Shown here: one piece after another, positions 30,253-42,428 of the stretch
Position numbering within the stretch: the first letter of the stretch is position 1
Layout: each line of letters starts with the position of its first letter
Assembly: GCA_964016885.1 (NCBI GenBank)
Contig: OZ024745.1
Coordinates: 89,838,001-89,902,000 of the forward strand
Length of the DNA stretch: 64,000 nt
Direction: 5' to 3'
DNA from: Eledone cirrhosa
Lineage: Eukaryota
The notes under the pieces: model-generated
What the model saw: only the letters and a program-made list of their open reading frames with translations
What the model was told of the DNA's origin: nothing
The model's database searches: none
Made by a program: the position numbers and the translations under genes

Positions 30253-30478
30253 CATATACATATATATATACATACATATACACATACATACATACATACA
30301 TATACATACATACATATACATATACATATGGTTTTGTTTTTAGTCCTGCAGGATGTCCAAAGTCACCCTCCTCACCAAGAAACCTTGGTGGGGTTGCCAG
30401 TTTAGTCGCCAACGACCCGACCATGAGACAGGTTGTACTGGGATACATGTTACCAGTAGCACCAACTGGTGACCTGAC
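27656..30478 (-). mobile_element. Tandem array of non-autonomous RTE derivative, family C (~610-bp units): 27656-28229, 28260-28522 (partial), 28748-29355, 29603-30210, 30330-30478 (partial)
   Basis: Near-identical units separated by (CATA)n-like tracts; complete units have the leader, CTAGGAGAAGGAAAACTCTGA, the last zinc-finger codons ([17 protein letters not shown]) and the 3' stem-loop. Confidence 0.88.
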
Positions 30479-30566
30479 ATAATACATACATACATACATA
30501 CATACATACATACATACATACATACATACATACATACATACATACATACATACATACATACATACA

Positions 30567-31467
30567 GAAATCGGAAGATCCTATTCAATGTTCAAACAAG
30601 ATAAGAAAATTGACCAATTTACAGAAAAAGTTGTGCATGGATACTTGAGGCGTAAAACACAGACCATAGAGGGGATAAACCACTCAAAAAGCCTGGCATG
30701 GAGTTCCGACAAGTTTATGACATCACACTTTGAGGGATATCTCTATGCAATACAGGAACAAGAACTCCCTACCAAATATCTGCTGCACAAACGAGGAGGG
30801 CCAGCAGCTGACAATAAATGTAGGCTATGTAAAACAAAGATCGAGGATGTAAGCCACATTGTTGCCAGCTGCGAAAGAATGTCATCTCGCTACTACCTCC
30901 CCATGAGACACGATGGGATAGCTAGAACCATCTGGAACGCACTTCGGAAAACAAAATTAACAACAAACGAGGAAGAATATATTGAGACAGATGGCACTAA
31001 GGAATACTGGTGGAACCTGAAAATAAAAACTGCCACCAAATTAAAGCACAACCGGCCTGATATTGTAGTTTGGGACCACACATTGAAAACGTGTTCTGTT
31101 GTGGAGATCAGCTGCCCACTTGATGTAAACGTTGTCAGAAAAATACAGGAGAAGGAGGACATCTACGCACCATTGATGAGGAGTTTACAAATCCAGTATC
31201 CAAGATACTGGCTTCATACCCATCATTATTGGTGCTACGGGTTATATACCAACCCGCTTGGACCAAAGTATGACTGAACTTGGATTTGCGGACAAAAAGC
31301 GCAGCTCCCTAATTCATAGTCTGCAAATGGCTGCGATAGCTGGCACCTTCAAAATTTGCAAAACATTCTTGCGATTCAAGGGATGACAATTTCTTTTCTT
31401 TTACAACCTTGCCACCAGGAAGGTGGCCGGTCAAAAAAATATACTCGAAATTAAGAGAAAGAGAAAA
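30567..31467 (+). mobile_element. 5'-truncated R4/Dong-like non-LTR retrotransposon (CCHC knuckle and restriction-like endonuclease)
   Basis: ORF 30588-31277: AIQEQ, CRLC..E...HI...C, RHD, RPDIVV..EISCP..EKEDIY; frameshifted end KICKTFL; (CATA)n on both flanks. Confidence 0.85.
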
Positions 31468-31814
31468 CATACATACATACATACATATATGTGTCTAAGG
31501 TCTAATGGGGTATAATAAAAAGCAAGTAAATAAAGAATTATTTTTAGGGGAATGGACATATATTGAATTTAAATAGCATTTAGAAATCGTTTTACTGTTC
31601 TAATCAGACTATGTAATAGAACGATGTTCTACAAAATGAAGGTATTAACTCGAAACTGTTTTCCAACTGTTCTGAAAAAGGAAAAAAGGCTGAAAACATG
31701 TGTTTTGGTTTTACAATAAAAAAAATACGAGATGATTACTAACAGACTTGGCTTTGATAGCTTGTAATCCTTTTTCCAATTGATGTAAAGTAGACATAGG
31801 CGTGGACGACGACG

Positions 31815-32071
31815 AAGAAAGAGAGGAGGAGAAGAAGTAGAAGAAGAAGAACAAGAAGAAGAAGAAAAAGAAGAAGAAGAGGGAAGAGGAGGAGGAGAAG
31901 GTGGAGAAGAAGAAGAAAAAGAAGAAGAAGAAGAAGAAGAAGAAGAAGAAGAAGAAGAAGAAGAAGAAGAAGAAGAAGAGGAGGAGGAGAAGGAGGAGAA
32001 GGATGAGGAGGGGAGGAGAAGAAGAAGAAGAAGAAGAAGAAGAAGAAGAAGAAGAAGAAGAAGAAGAAGAA
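31815..32071. repeat. (GAA)n/(GAG)n purine microsatellite
   Basis: Direct reading. Confidence 0.95.
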
Positions 32072-32194
32072 ACCACTCGAACAAGACACCTTTTTTCGCA
32101 TACTAAATTTAACCGTCTGTTGTATGGAAACACTGCCGACATGATTTGTTCCATTAAGTATACGCCCCCCCCTCTCTCTCTATATATATATATA

Positions 32195-32450
32195 ATAATA
32201 ATTGTTTCTACTTTTTGGCACAAGGCCAGCAATTACCCAGTGTATTACAGGTACTTTATTTTATTGACCCTGTAAGGATGAAAGGTAAAGTTAACCTCGG
32301 CGGGATTCGAACTCAGAATGGCAAGGGCCGTAACTCTATGCGTCAAAGCATAGCGTCCGACCCTCTACCGATAATAATAATTGTTTCTACTTTTTAGCGC
32401 AAGGCCAGCAATTATTCCAGTGTATTACTGGTACTTTATATTATCGATCC
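32195..32450 (-). mobile_element. Two adjacent SINE copies (32195-32372 long, 32373-32450 3' part only)
   Basis: Reverse complement of the SINE at 942-1130. Confidence 0.85.
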
Positions 32451-32689
32451 CTTCTTCCTCCCGTTAGACCTGTACGGAATTCCTTCCTTGCTTACATTCC
32501 AACCAGGTTTGATGGTCTTTATTCTCTCTCGTTAACGATTTCACCGAATTTAAATTCATAGAAATTTGGGACTTGACTCCTTCTTCCTCACTTTTCGTTG
32601 CTTCGCCATTTTGTTTGTTTACACTCGTGTTCCCTTTTATTTACGTGTCCCAACGACTTTTGTTAGCCGTTGCTCGCACCAACCGGAGG

Positions 32690-32768
32690 TATATGGTCTT
32701 TAAAGCGATGAAATACCAATGATGGTAGGAAGATCACTGATGACGGACTAACTTTATTCATATGTAAC
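32690..32768 (+). ncRNA. HHR-like CUGAUGAC...GUAAC motif, family b
   Basis: TATA-TGGTCTT...AAGATCA-CTGATGAC...GTAAC; homologous to 35410; second stem weak. Confidence 0.45.
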
Positions 32769-32793
32769 CCATTAGCAACCCCGCAGCATTTTT

Positions 32794-32832
<39 letters not shown>

Positions 32833-32841
32833 CTTATACGT

Positions 32842-33590
32842 TACACATTTCAGTGGCGAAATGAAATAAATTCGTATCAGCAAGCTTATAGTTATAAGGT
32901 TGGTAGATTTGATTCTGACTTAGGGTTCTTTCTTTTTAATTGCTAACCTGTAGGTGTTGTTTTCCATACAGTAACGGTTAAACCCACATGTAATAATTCT
33001 TTACACACATCTCACTGTGTAACACACTTCTCTCTGTGTAATATATTTGTATTTGAGCTCAGTTGAAAATTCTCTGTTCTTTGAGCTAATATTATTATTA
33101 CTGTGAAGTGCGGAATACTCTAATTCCGATCCGTGTATAATTAACAAGCTCCAAATTGTTGAGCTAATAAATTCGAATGGTTGGGCTGTTCTCTCTAGCA
33201 TTTTCCCCAATTCATGAGAGCCGTTATTTGATGCAAATAACACGTGTTTTCACTCTGCTCTGGGCAGCGTGTATATTTGCGTTCTCTCTTTCCATTAGGC
33301 TAGATGAGTGGCGGGCAATTCCACACTTGCTGACTGAGGAACCTGTGGACTTGTACGCTACACATTTCAGTGGCGAAACGAAATAGATTCGTATCAGCAA
33401 GCTTATAGTTATAAGGTTGGTAATTTAAAACTCTACTTCGGAGATTTGATTCTGACTTAGGGTTCTTTCTATTTAATTGCTAACCTGTAGCTGTTGTTTT
33501 CCATACAGTAACGGTTAAACCTATATGTAATAATTCTTTACACACATCTAACTGTGTAACACACTTCTCTCTGTGTAATATATTTGTATA
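32842..33590 (+). repeat. Partial tandem repeat (517-bp period) carrying an HHR; PLE pLTR or retrozyme-like
   Basis: 32842-33050 is repeated at 33359-33590; flanked by (TA)n. Confidence 0.8.
33326..33401 (+). ncRNA. Type I hammerhead ribozyme, GUA triplet
   Basis: Stem I CTTGCTGA/TCAGCAAG, CTGAGGA, imperfect stem II, GAAA, stem III CGAA/TTCG, TA. Confidence 0.82.
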
Positions 33591-33597
33591 TATATAT

Positions 33598-34222
33598 ATT
33601 AAAAATTTAAAATTAAAAATTAACTTACTTACTAAAGTTTTCACTCCAACTAATTAGTTTCTGTAATGGGATAAAGATAGTTACGCAATGTAACTGTCGA
33701 GAATTCATTACGTCATCAGGGAGTCTATTCTCAGCTAAGTCTCCAGGCAATGCGCGGACACTAGGGACTCATATAAAAATAATAATAATTCGGTGGATGG
33801 AACAGCTAGCGGGGACTGATTCCAAAGCACTGAAAAAGTTCACTGTCTCTGGTCAAATGGCAGATTCTAAAGAATCAATCACGTGACACTGGGGCTAGTC
33901 GGAAGGAGTGGGGTGGTAAAATGACAAAAGCCTACTACCACTACAATAAGTTAGTAGTGGATTTGGCAGGTTTGCTCAACAAATAAATAATTTGGAGATA
34001 AATATAGAGAATTAGTATATTTACCGACATATGCGTACAGATGTACACTAATGCTAGCAAATACATAAGTTATGTCATAGTACCTAGGTGGTTCAATGCA
34101 GGAGGATGCAGAACAATTATATGAAAGACGTAAAATAAGAAAATTTTAAAAATTAAAAATTAACTTACTTATGTATTTGCTAGCATTAGTGTACATCTGT
34201 ACGCATATATCGGTAAATATAC

Positions 34223-34228
<6 letters not shown>
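33598..34228 (-). repeat. ~540-bp unit with terminal direct repeat and inverted end; carries GUAAC motif family c (33680-33775)
   Basis: 33601-33632 repeated at 34140-34171; 34010-34070 inverted at 34166-34227. Confidence 0.65.
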
Positions 34229-34291
<63 letters not shown>

Positions 34292-34849
34292 TTTCTGTAT
34301 GTATACATATAACTTAACTGAATAACAAAATCTACAACCTTTATCTTATGTGTGTAATTTAATGTTTATCACAGCACGATCATTCTACTTCCCTCTATTT
34401 CCTTCAATTGTTAGAGTACCACAGTTTCGTTTTGTCATTATGGTTAAGATCATATTCTAACTGTTATTTACCCATCACGTTTAAGGTAATTGTAGAGCAC
34501 TAGCTTCAGTTTTGACTGCTTTAAAATGTTAGTGTAATATTTGCTGTATTTTCTGGGAACTACGTGTGGTATTTGTTATTCTTAGAATTGCAGGTTTGTA
34601 GAAGAGTAGGCGAGACTGCTGTACTCAGGTTGCAACTATTTGAAGATGTTGCTCACTGGTCTCTTGTCCTAGAATGAATTAAATCGAGGTACATTTTGAA
34701 ACACATTATGGATAAGTTACTTTGTTATTATCTAGCTATATTTAGTTATAATGTACTTTGGAGCCTTTAAATAACGATTTGGTGTATTATAGATTCTTAA
34801 GGTGAGAGTGTGAAAGGAAAGTTTAGAATAAGATCCTCCTTAAATAGGC

Positions 34850-35014
34850 ATATTTCTTTATTTGGCACAAGGGCGTAGAAAAATGGGATATTACAAGACG
34901 TGAAGGCGGGGGTTTTACATAAAATCTTTAACAATAAGGTTTTATGTAAAAACCACGCTGTCACGTCATGTAATGTCCCATTTTTGTACGGCCTTGTGGC
35001 AAATAAAGAAATAT
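34850..35014. mobile_element. Palindromic MITE-like hairpin element
   Basis: ~80-bp imperfect inverted arms with a ~6-nt loop (ATATTTCTTTATTTG...CAAATAAAGAAATAT). Confidence 0.65.
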
Positions 35015-35282
35015 ATCTATAGGGTTAGGCTAAGGGTAAGTATGTAAGAGTTTCTGTTGTGGTTTGTCTCGCCTCCATCTTAATTTTAATTTTGATTATC
35101 ATAAGAACTGTGAAACCGGTAAAGTAAATAAATAAATATTCTTAAAACACTTCAGTTGCAATTTCAATTCCTTTTCCTTATATATAGACATATCCGTCTG
35201 TAACTCTTTCAAATTTACACATACACACATACATCTACTACACACAATATATATACATACATAGATACAAATATATATATAT

Positions 35283-35542
35283 ATTTTCCTGATTTTCCTC
35301 CCTTTACGTTGCTTCACCCTTCGTGTCTGTTTACTGTCCCTCCCCCCCACCCCCACCTTTCTTTTATCCCAATAACTTATTTTAGTTATTGTTTCGCCCT
35401 AGGCTGAGATATGTTGTCTTTGATGCGAAGAAATACCTATGATTCCTAGTAGACAACTGATGACGGATATTCATCTCTTTTTCCCGTAACTTTTATTTTT
35501 CATTATACTTAAATGCAACCACACAGCTCACCATTTTATTTA
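35283..35542 (+). repeat. Dispersed repeat carrying GUAAC motif family a (35410-35490)
   Basis: Matches 57083-57345. Confidence 0.75.
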
Positions 35543-35875
35543 TATATAGAGAGAGAGAGACAGTGAACGTTAGAGAGTGGAATATGCAGATAAAGCGAAA
35601 GTGAGTAGGGAGGAAGGAAAGAGAAGAGGGGAAGTGGGAGGATGAGGGAGTCCGGGGAACAATTGAAGTACATTAATGAATTTAATGGGTAAACAATTAC
35701 AAATGGGTTTGAGCAGTAACAACAACAGCAGCAACAACAACAACAACACCAACCTCAACAACAACAATCTATTGGTCCTGGATATGTTGGTTGATGAACA
35801 CCAGGAAAACACAGAGTATTCGAATATTAAAGGAGATACTAATATCTATCCACCCTGTCGTTTCTCATGACGTCT

Positions 35876-35987
<112 letters not shown>

Positions 35988-36542
35988 GTATATGTGTGGG
36001 TGTGTGTGTCTGTGCGCGCGTATGTGTAGATATGTGTGTGAGGGTGTGTATTATATATTTACACTGTCCGCAGAGAGATGGGGGGTGGGCGAGAGAGATG
36101 GAGGCGATAATAGTGGGAGTTCGGCACTTACAAGATCGGACCATATCCTTGTGGTTGTGTTCATCATCTATAGAGTTCATTCTTTTGTATAATTATTTTA
36201 GTTTTATATTTTGAGTATAGTAATACATACAGACTTTTTCTCAAATTCTTTAACCAACTTTCAGCTTATCATACTATGACTGCATAAGTCAACGACGAAT
36301 ACTCTCCTAGAAATATCTTATAAATCACCGTATCATTACCACCTATACCTTTATAAGAGAAAACCATATTGAATAATGAATTTCTATAATCTCTGTGTAA
36401 AAAAATAAACATGTTAGTCATGATGGCTGCAATATCAATTAGCAAACATATTCTTAATCACGGTTGAACTGAACTAATGAAATCCAATTTCAATCACGCT
36501 TTACTAATTTATATACGTTAAATACGGTGACAAGCATCAAGT

Positions 36543-36616
36543 CAACCGATAACTCAGTTGGTAGAGCAGGGGATTGTAGTTGTTATCCTTAGGTCGATAG
36601 TTCGAAGTAAGTCAGT
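36543..36616 (+). pseudogene. tRNA-Tyr(GTA) pseudogene with short intron remnant
   Basis: CGATAACTCAGTTGGTAGAGC...ATTGTAG-ttgtt-ATCCTTAGGTCG..AGTTCGAA follows eukaryotic tRNA-Tyr; acceptor stem and T-stem are broken. Confidence 0.75.
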
Positions 36617-37740
36617 AGTAAATCTGATGTTGTTTGTCTCCATCTCATCTTTACTTTTGAACATCATAAGAACTGTGAAACAGGTAAAGTAAATAAAAAT
36701 ATATTCTTAAAAGACTCCAGTTGCAATTTCAATTTCTTTTCCTTATATATATATATATCCGTATGTAACTCTTTAAAATTTACACATACACGCATATACC
36801 TACTATATATGGGGGAGCAGAGACAGTGAAAAATATACTAGCAAGATAATGCGTCGAAAACAAATATGTATATGACCTATCTTCATAGAAATTACTTTGT
36901 ACCAAGTCTGAAGAAATATATATACCATTGATTATAGATATTATTCATATTTAAATTCTTCTTGTGCCAACTAGAATTCAGACTTTTGCAATTACTCTCA
37001 CCTCGGTAGTTTCCCATAATGATAGTGTTTAAACTTTGTAATGTGCACATCATTTACTCATATTTCTTTCACAGAAAGTATTTTAATGCAAATGTTTCTG
37101 TAAACGCAAATGATGAATGTTTCTTAATTCGTTTTAAGAACCTAACAGCTATTTATCTTAAATACCATTAACTATTTAACACTCAGTTTAATTTATTACC
37201 TGCAAATTAAACTGCCAGCTTTTCGATACCTATAGATTACACAAATAATATCAGATGTATATAGATATAAGCAATATAAGGAATCAATAAAGATAAAACA
37301 AAATGAAAAAAAATGTAAGTTGTAACACCCTAGTGATAAGTCCTCACGTCATCATGGCAAAGCAATGATTGATATTTAACATCGTTTGTACAATAATACA
37401 TTAAACACAATCATTTCTTAGAAATTTAGTCTCGAAAAAACACCGGTGATAGAAACAAAATGTTTATTGAAACCCACGTGAGAATGTATTGATGCGACAC
37501 AGACATCACAAATATCACAAAACAGCATTTTGAATATAGTTTTAACAAAAGCATTTGCCTATGCAAAAGGGACTAGGTCATAGTTTTCAGCAGATACTCG
37601 TCCAATGGGTTGTATATTCTTTTTCTATTAAGGTGAAATTCCGTTGCTAACAGACACACATATTCACACACAAACACACAGACGCACACGCACACACACA
37701 CAAATGTACATTATATATACGTGTGTGCATGTATACATAT

Positions 37741-38428
37741 ATATTGTTTTAAATTAGTATATTTTCAACCTAGCTAACTTGGTCATTTGCAATTGGAACA
37801 CATGTATACTTATATCTGTGTTCATCCCTCTCATATATCCAATTATATTACACGGCTCGGAAAGATTCCCTTCTTTGAGCTATTTAATTGTAAAAGACTA
37901 TTTTGAGTTTATAACTCAATCTATGATATTCTCGCATCCATATGTAGAGTTAACCTTAGTCTCATAAACCCAGCTGCTATTTTTAGCGGCATGAGTATGA
38001 GATGCGCTAGGCGCTGCGACATGTGCGTTCATATCAGCATATCTGTCAGTCTTCTTAGATCCTTTGTAGTGAAAGATACGAATATTCCTGAATACACGCA
38101 GATGAGCACAGGAATTCTGGCTTTCACTTAATAATTCTTGCGAAACAGATTTTGGTTTGTCCGGGTATCAAAGGCTATTGCCCGATATAGGTTTGTTAAT
38201 TTTATTGATTTATTACTTTAAATCGAGTCAGGCAAACCATATTGTTTTAAATTAGTATTTTTTCAACCTAGCTAACTTGGTCCTTTGTAATTGGAACACA
38301 TGTATACTTATATCTGTGTTCATCCCTCTCATATATCCGATTATATTACACGGCTCGGAAAGATTACCTTCTTTGAGCTATTTAATTGTACAAAACTATT
38401 TTGAGTTTATAACTCAAACTATGATATA
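37741..38428 (+). repeat. Partial tandem repeat (498-bp period) with a CAGAUGA HHR-like motif at 38094-38156
   Basis: 37741-37925 repeated at 38239-38424; homologous to 41560-42345. Confidence 0.75.
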
Positions 38429-38432
38429 TTTG

Positions 38433-38503
<71 letters not shown>

Positions 38504-38550
38504 TTATTAAAATAACAGATTAAAGTTTAAGCATATATATATATATATAT

Positions 38551-39552
38551 TTATTAAAATAACCGATTAAAGTTTAAGCAAAGAATCGCTGCTTTCACCC
38601 TTAACGGGATCTTCTGAAACTAAAAAAGTCAATCTGTGAACGCAGAAGTAAATATTTCAAAAAACGTTGAAACCGGAGGAAGACAGGAAGACGATACTTT
38701 AGTTCGTGAAAACGTTCCCTGGCAAAGAACGAAAAAAAAACGAAGATAATACGTCATTATTTGGAGCGGTGAAAACAATTACACGCAAAGACAAAACCAC
38801 GTTTATGGTATAAATGAAGTCGTAGACTAATATTCTATTAGGTGGTTCATGGAGACGTTCTCTGGCAATGAACGGAAAAACGGAGATATACGTCATTAAG
38901 TGGACCGCAGAGAACAATTGCACGCAAAGACAAAACCGCGTTAATGGTATAACTGAAGTGGTAAAGTAAAATTCTAACTAGGAAACCGAATGATTCTCGG
39001 CTTCAGAGTTAAGAATAAAGTAAATAAAATACAGAGGTAATTGAAATTAAATAAATACACGCATCCATATACGTACATACACAAGCATACGCGAAAACAC
39101 TCGCCATAGGTTTACAAATACAAGCACGTACACAAAAAAACCCGCTCGCCCATGAGAGAACGTCTCCATGAACCACCTAATAGAATATTAGTCTACGACT
39201 TCGTTTATACTCTAAACGTGGTTTTGTCTTTGCATGTAATTGTTTTCACCGCTCCAAATAATGACGTATTATCTTCGTTTTTTCCGTTCTTTTCCAGGGA
39301 ACGTTTCCACGAACCAAAGTATCGTCTTCCTGTCTTCCTCCGGTTGCAACGTTTTTTGAAATATTTACTTCTGCATTCACAGCTTCACTTTTTTAGTTTC
39401 AGAAGATCCCGTTAAGGGTGAAAGCAGCGATACTTTGGTTAAACTTTAATCTGTTATTTTAATAAATATTTGCTCTACGGTTCTTATATATTTGATATAT
39501 ATTTATCCTTATCGAGCCTTCTTTGGATTTTAGTCTTCAAATGTATTATTAT

Positions 39553-39556
<4 letters not shown>
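38551..39556. repeat. Fold-back element, ~315-bp arms (38551-38866 and 39152-39468) plus right-hand tail; variant HHR in each arm
   Basis: Arms are reverse complements; (TA)n flanks. Confidence 0.85.
38571..38621 (-). ncRNA. Variant hammerhead fold (CAGAAGA core, CUU triplet); second copy at 39395-39445 (+)
   Basis: AGTTT-CAGAAGA-T-CCC/GGG-T-GAAA-GCA/TGC-TT-AAACT. Confidence 0.65.
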
Positions 39557-39602
<46 letters not shown>

Positions 39603-39606
<4 letters not shown>

Positions 39607-40530
39607 GGAAAAGAACGAAAGGAAATTTCATTTCTCACTCTTAGTACGGTTGATACTTAAATGTAAGTATGTATGTATACGTAGATACATATATGTATAC
39701 AGACGTACAGTAGTATGTATATATATACATACATGCACACGTATATATATATGTACGTATAGGTTTACCGAACATTTATTATAATGTTTGGTTTGTTTGT
39801 TTATAAACAAACAAACAGCCTGACTTACGCCGTACAGTGTGGAGGCAACCATCGTCACCTTTGTGTTCAACACTGACACAGGAACGATGTACTAGTTTCA
39901 AGCTTATTAGCTATCGTCAGCATCGTATACCTTCCTGCCAGATGATTGAACGTCTGAAAGTATATACTTTCCTTATTCATATTAACGGCTGAGCAGCCTA
40001 ATTTGCATATCTAGTGAGTTAGTCGGCCGGGCGCACCGAAAACGATAAATGGAAAAGAATGAAACGAAATTTCATTTCTCACTCTTAGTACGGTTGATAA
40101 TTAAATGCAAGTATGTATGTATACGTACATACATATATGTATACAGACGTAGAGTAGTATGTATACATACATGCACACATATATATGTACGTATAGGTTT
40201 ACCGAACATTTATTATAATGTTCGGTTTGTTTGTTTGTAAACAAACAAACATCCTGAATTACGCCGTACAGTGTGCAGGCAACCATCGTCACCTTTGTGT
40301 TCAATACTGACACAGGAACACTGACACTGAACACAAAGGTGACGATGGCTGCCTGAACACTGTACGGCGTAGTTCGGGCTGTTTGTTTGTTTACAAACAA
40401 ACAAACTGAACATTATAATAAATGTTCCATAAACTTATAGGTATATATATATATATGTGTGCATGTATGTATATATATACATACTACTTTACGTCTGTAT
40501 ACATATATGTATGTACGTATACATACATAT
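39603..40530. repeat. 443-bp-period tandem repeat followed by an inverted arm; contains an HHR
   Basis: 39603-39885 repeated at 40046-40320; 40322-40530 inverts 40115-40312. Confidence 0.85.
39884..39926 (-). ncRNA. Minimal type I hammerhead ribozyme, GUA triplet
   Basis: ACGATG-CTGACGA-T-AGCT/AGCT-T-GAAA-CTAG-TA-CATCGT; palindromic stem III ACTAGT. Confidence 0.85.
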
Positions 40531-40577
<47 letters not shown>

Positions 40578-40970
40578 AAATTGAGATAAGCGGAGCAAGC
40601 AAGATTCAAACATTTATTTAAAATAAATTAAAAAATATAATTTAAATATTTACCTATTCCAATTGCTTTTACCGACGGTTTCACTTCACAATAGATTGGA
40701 GATACCTAGGGACCTCCAATGGAAAAGTTTAGATCATCAGAGGGCATTTTCCTTTCCTAGGGCAAAAAGTCCCAGGAACGGCAAAATATATTGCCATCTG
40801 CCAGCTAGCATTGGATCGAATGGGCCGAATATATTGTGCCGTTCTACTATGGGCTGGTTCATGCGTAGGTCAAATTTCCGTCCCCATTTGATCCTGTGCT
40901 AGCTGGCAGATGGCAATATCTTTTGCCGTTCCTGGGCCTTTTTGCTGTAGGAAAGGAAAATACTCTCTGA

Positions 40971-40974
<4 letters not shown>
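40578..40974. repeat. Fold-back element (arms 40732-40809 and 40897-40974) with left-hand extension containing an HHR
   Basis: Arms are reverse complements; extra inner pairing GGATCGAATGGG/CCCATTTGATCC. Confidence 0.8.
40664..40746 (-). ncRNA. Type I hammerhead ribozyme (degenerate stems), GUA triplet
   Basis: CTGATGA, long stem II with ATTGGAG/CTCCAAT, GAAA-CCGTCGG-TA; stem I imperfect. Confidence 0.65.
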
Positions 40975-41008
<34 letters not shown>

Positions 41009-41259
41009 CAATTTTCCTTGCTTATAACTTTTCTGCCTTTTTTAGTTTGTGGTTTCTTTAGCTTGTGATTTTTTTGCTTGTGCTTTTTATTTATACCTAT
41101 TACACTTCCAACCAGTGGTGCCTGTAATTGTGTTCTTTCAAGCAGAACATCTTTTTAACTCCTCACTCTCCACATGATGCATTTGACACTAATAACAATT
41201 ATGTACCCTAAATATTCTAAATGACTGGGATTTTAGTTACCTGTTTCGACATTCCTTAT

Positions 41260-41304
41260 GCTCCGATGATTCCAGACGTCCCTCTGAAAGAAACAATTGT
41301 CAGC
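41260..41304 (+). ncRNA. Minimal type I hammerhead with one core change (CCGAUGA), GUC triplet
   Basis: GCT-CCGATGA-TTCCAGA/TCTGAAA-GAAA-CAATTG-TC-AGC, followed by AATAAA. Confidence 0.7.
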
Positions 41305-41502
41305 TAATAAATGTTCTAAACTAAAATGTTAACACTTTGTATCTCGGCTCTGTAAAACACTTGAAAATTTGCATTGAGCCTTTTGTCATACCGGTAACCG
41401 GCTAGTACTTAATACAACCCTACATATTTATAGTTATATCAAAGATATATAAATATAAATATTACTATATATATATATATATATATATATTGTATATGCA
41501 TG

Positions 41503-41559
<57 letters not shown>

Positions 41560-41560
<1 letters not shown>

Positions 41561-42340
41561 AATTAATATAAATTAATATATGATAAACACTAATACAATT
41601 ATATAAGTGTTTGTATTGCAAATGACCAAGTTAGCTAGATTGAAAAATACTAATTAAATTAATACAGTTTGCCTATCTCGATTTAAAATAATAAATCAAT
41701 AAAAGCAAACCCATATTGGCAATAGCCGTGATACCTGGACAAATTTAAATTTCAAACCCAAACCTGTTCCGCAGACAAATTTAAATTTCAAAACCCAAAT
41801 TCGTTTCGCAACGATAAGTGAAAAAAGTTAAAAATTCTATTTCTGTGCTCTTCTGCGGGTATCCAGAAAATTGGTATGTTTCACCTCAAAATACTTAGGA
41901 GGACTGATAAGCAAGTGTTTAACGCACATGGTTTTTCAGCGCCTAGCTAGTCCTATACTTGTGCTGCTAGAAATAACAGCCGTTTTTATGGGACTAAAAT
42001 TTAGCTCAACAATATTATATTAATACTATATATAGAGTTATAAACTCAAACAGTCTTTTACAATTAAATAGCTCAAAGAAAGAGGTGTTTCTGAGCCGTG
42101 AAATTGGCTATTGCCAATATGGGTTTGTTTTTATTGATTTATTATTTTAAATCGAGACAGGCAAACTGTATTAATTTAATTAGTATTTTTCAATCTAGCT
42201 AACTTGGTCATTTGCAATACAAACACTTATATAATTGTATTAGTATTCATCATATATTAATTTATATTAATTTGTATTTCACGGCTCAGAAATACCTCTT
42301 TCTTTGAGCTATTTAATTGTAAAAGACTCTTTGAGTTTAT

Positions 42341-42345
<5 letters not shown>
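41560..42345. repeat. Fold-back copy of the ~500-bp family; CAGAAGA HHR-like motif at 41793-41860 (-)
   Basis: 41560-41727 inverted at 42106-42275; 42036-42102 inverted at 42277-42345. Confidence 0.8.
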
Positions 42346-42411
<66 letters not shown>

Positions 42412-42428
42412 TATATATATATATATAT

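Noticed and set aside
35019-35040. Telomeric repeat array
   Set aside because: Only about two degenerate TTAGGG units
35785-35852. TTGATGA...GAAT HHR-like stretch
   Set aside because: Both core boxes deviate and the stems are not coherent
39939-39969. Plus-strand CAGATGA...GAAA-GTATATAC-TT next to the minus-strand HHR (a viroid-like both-polarity pair)
   Set aside because: No stem I partner and stem II barely pairs; likely chance
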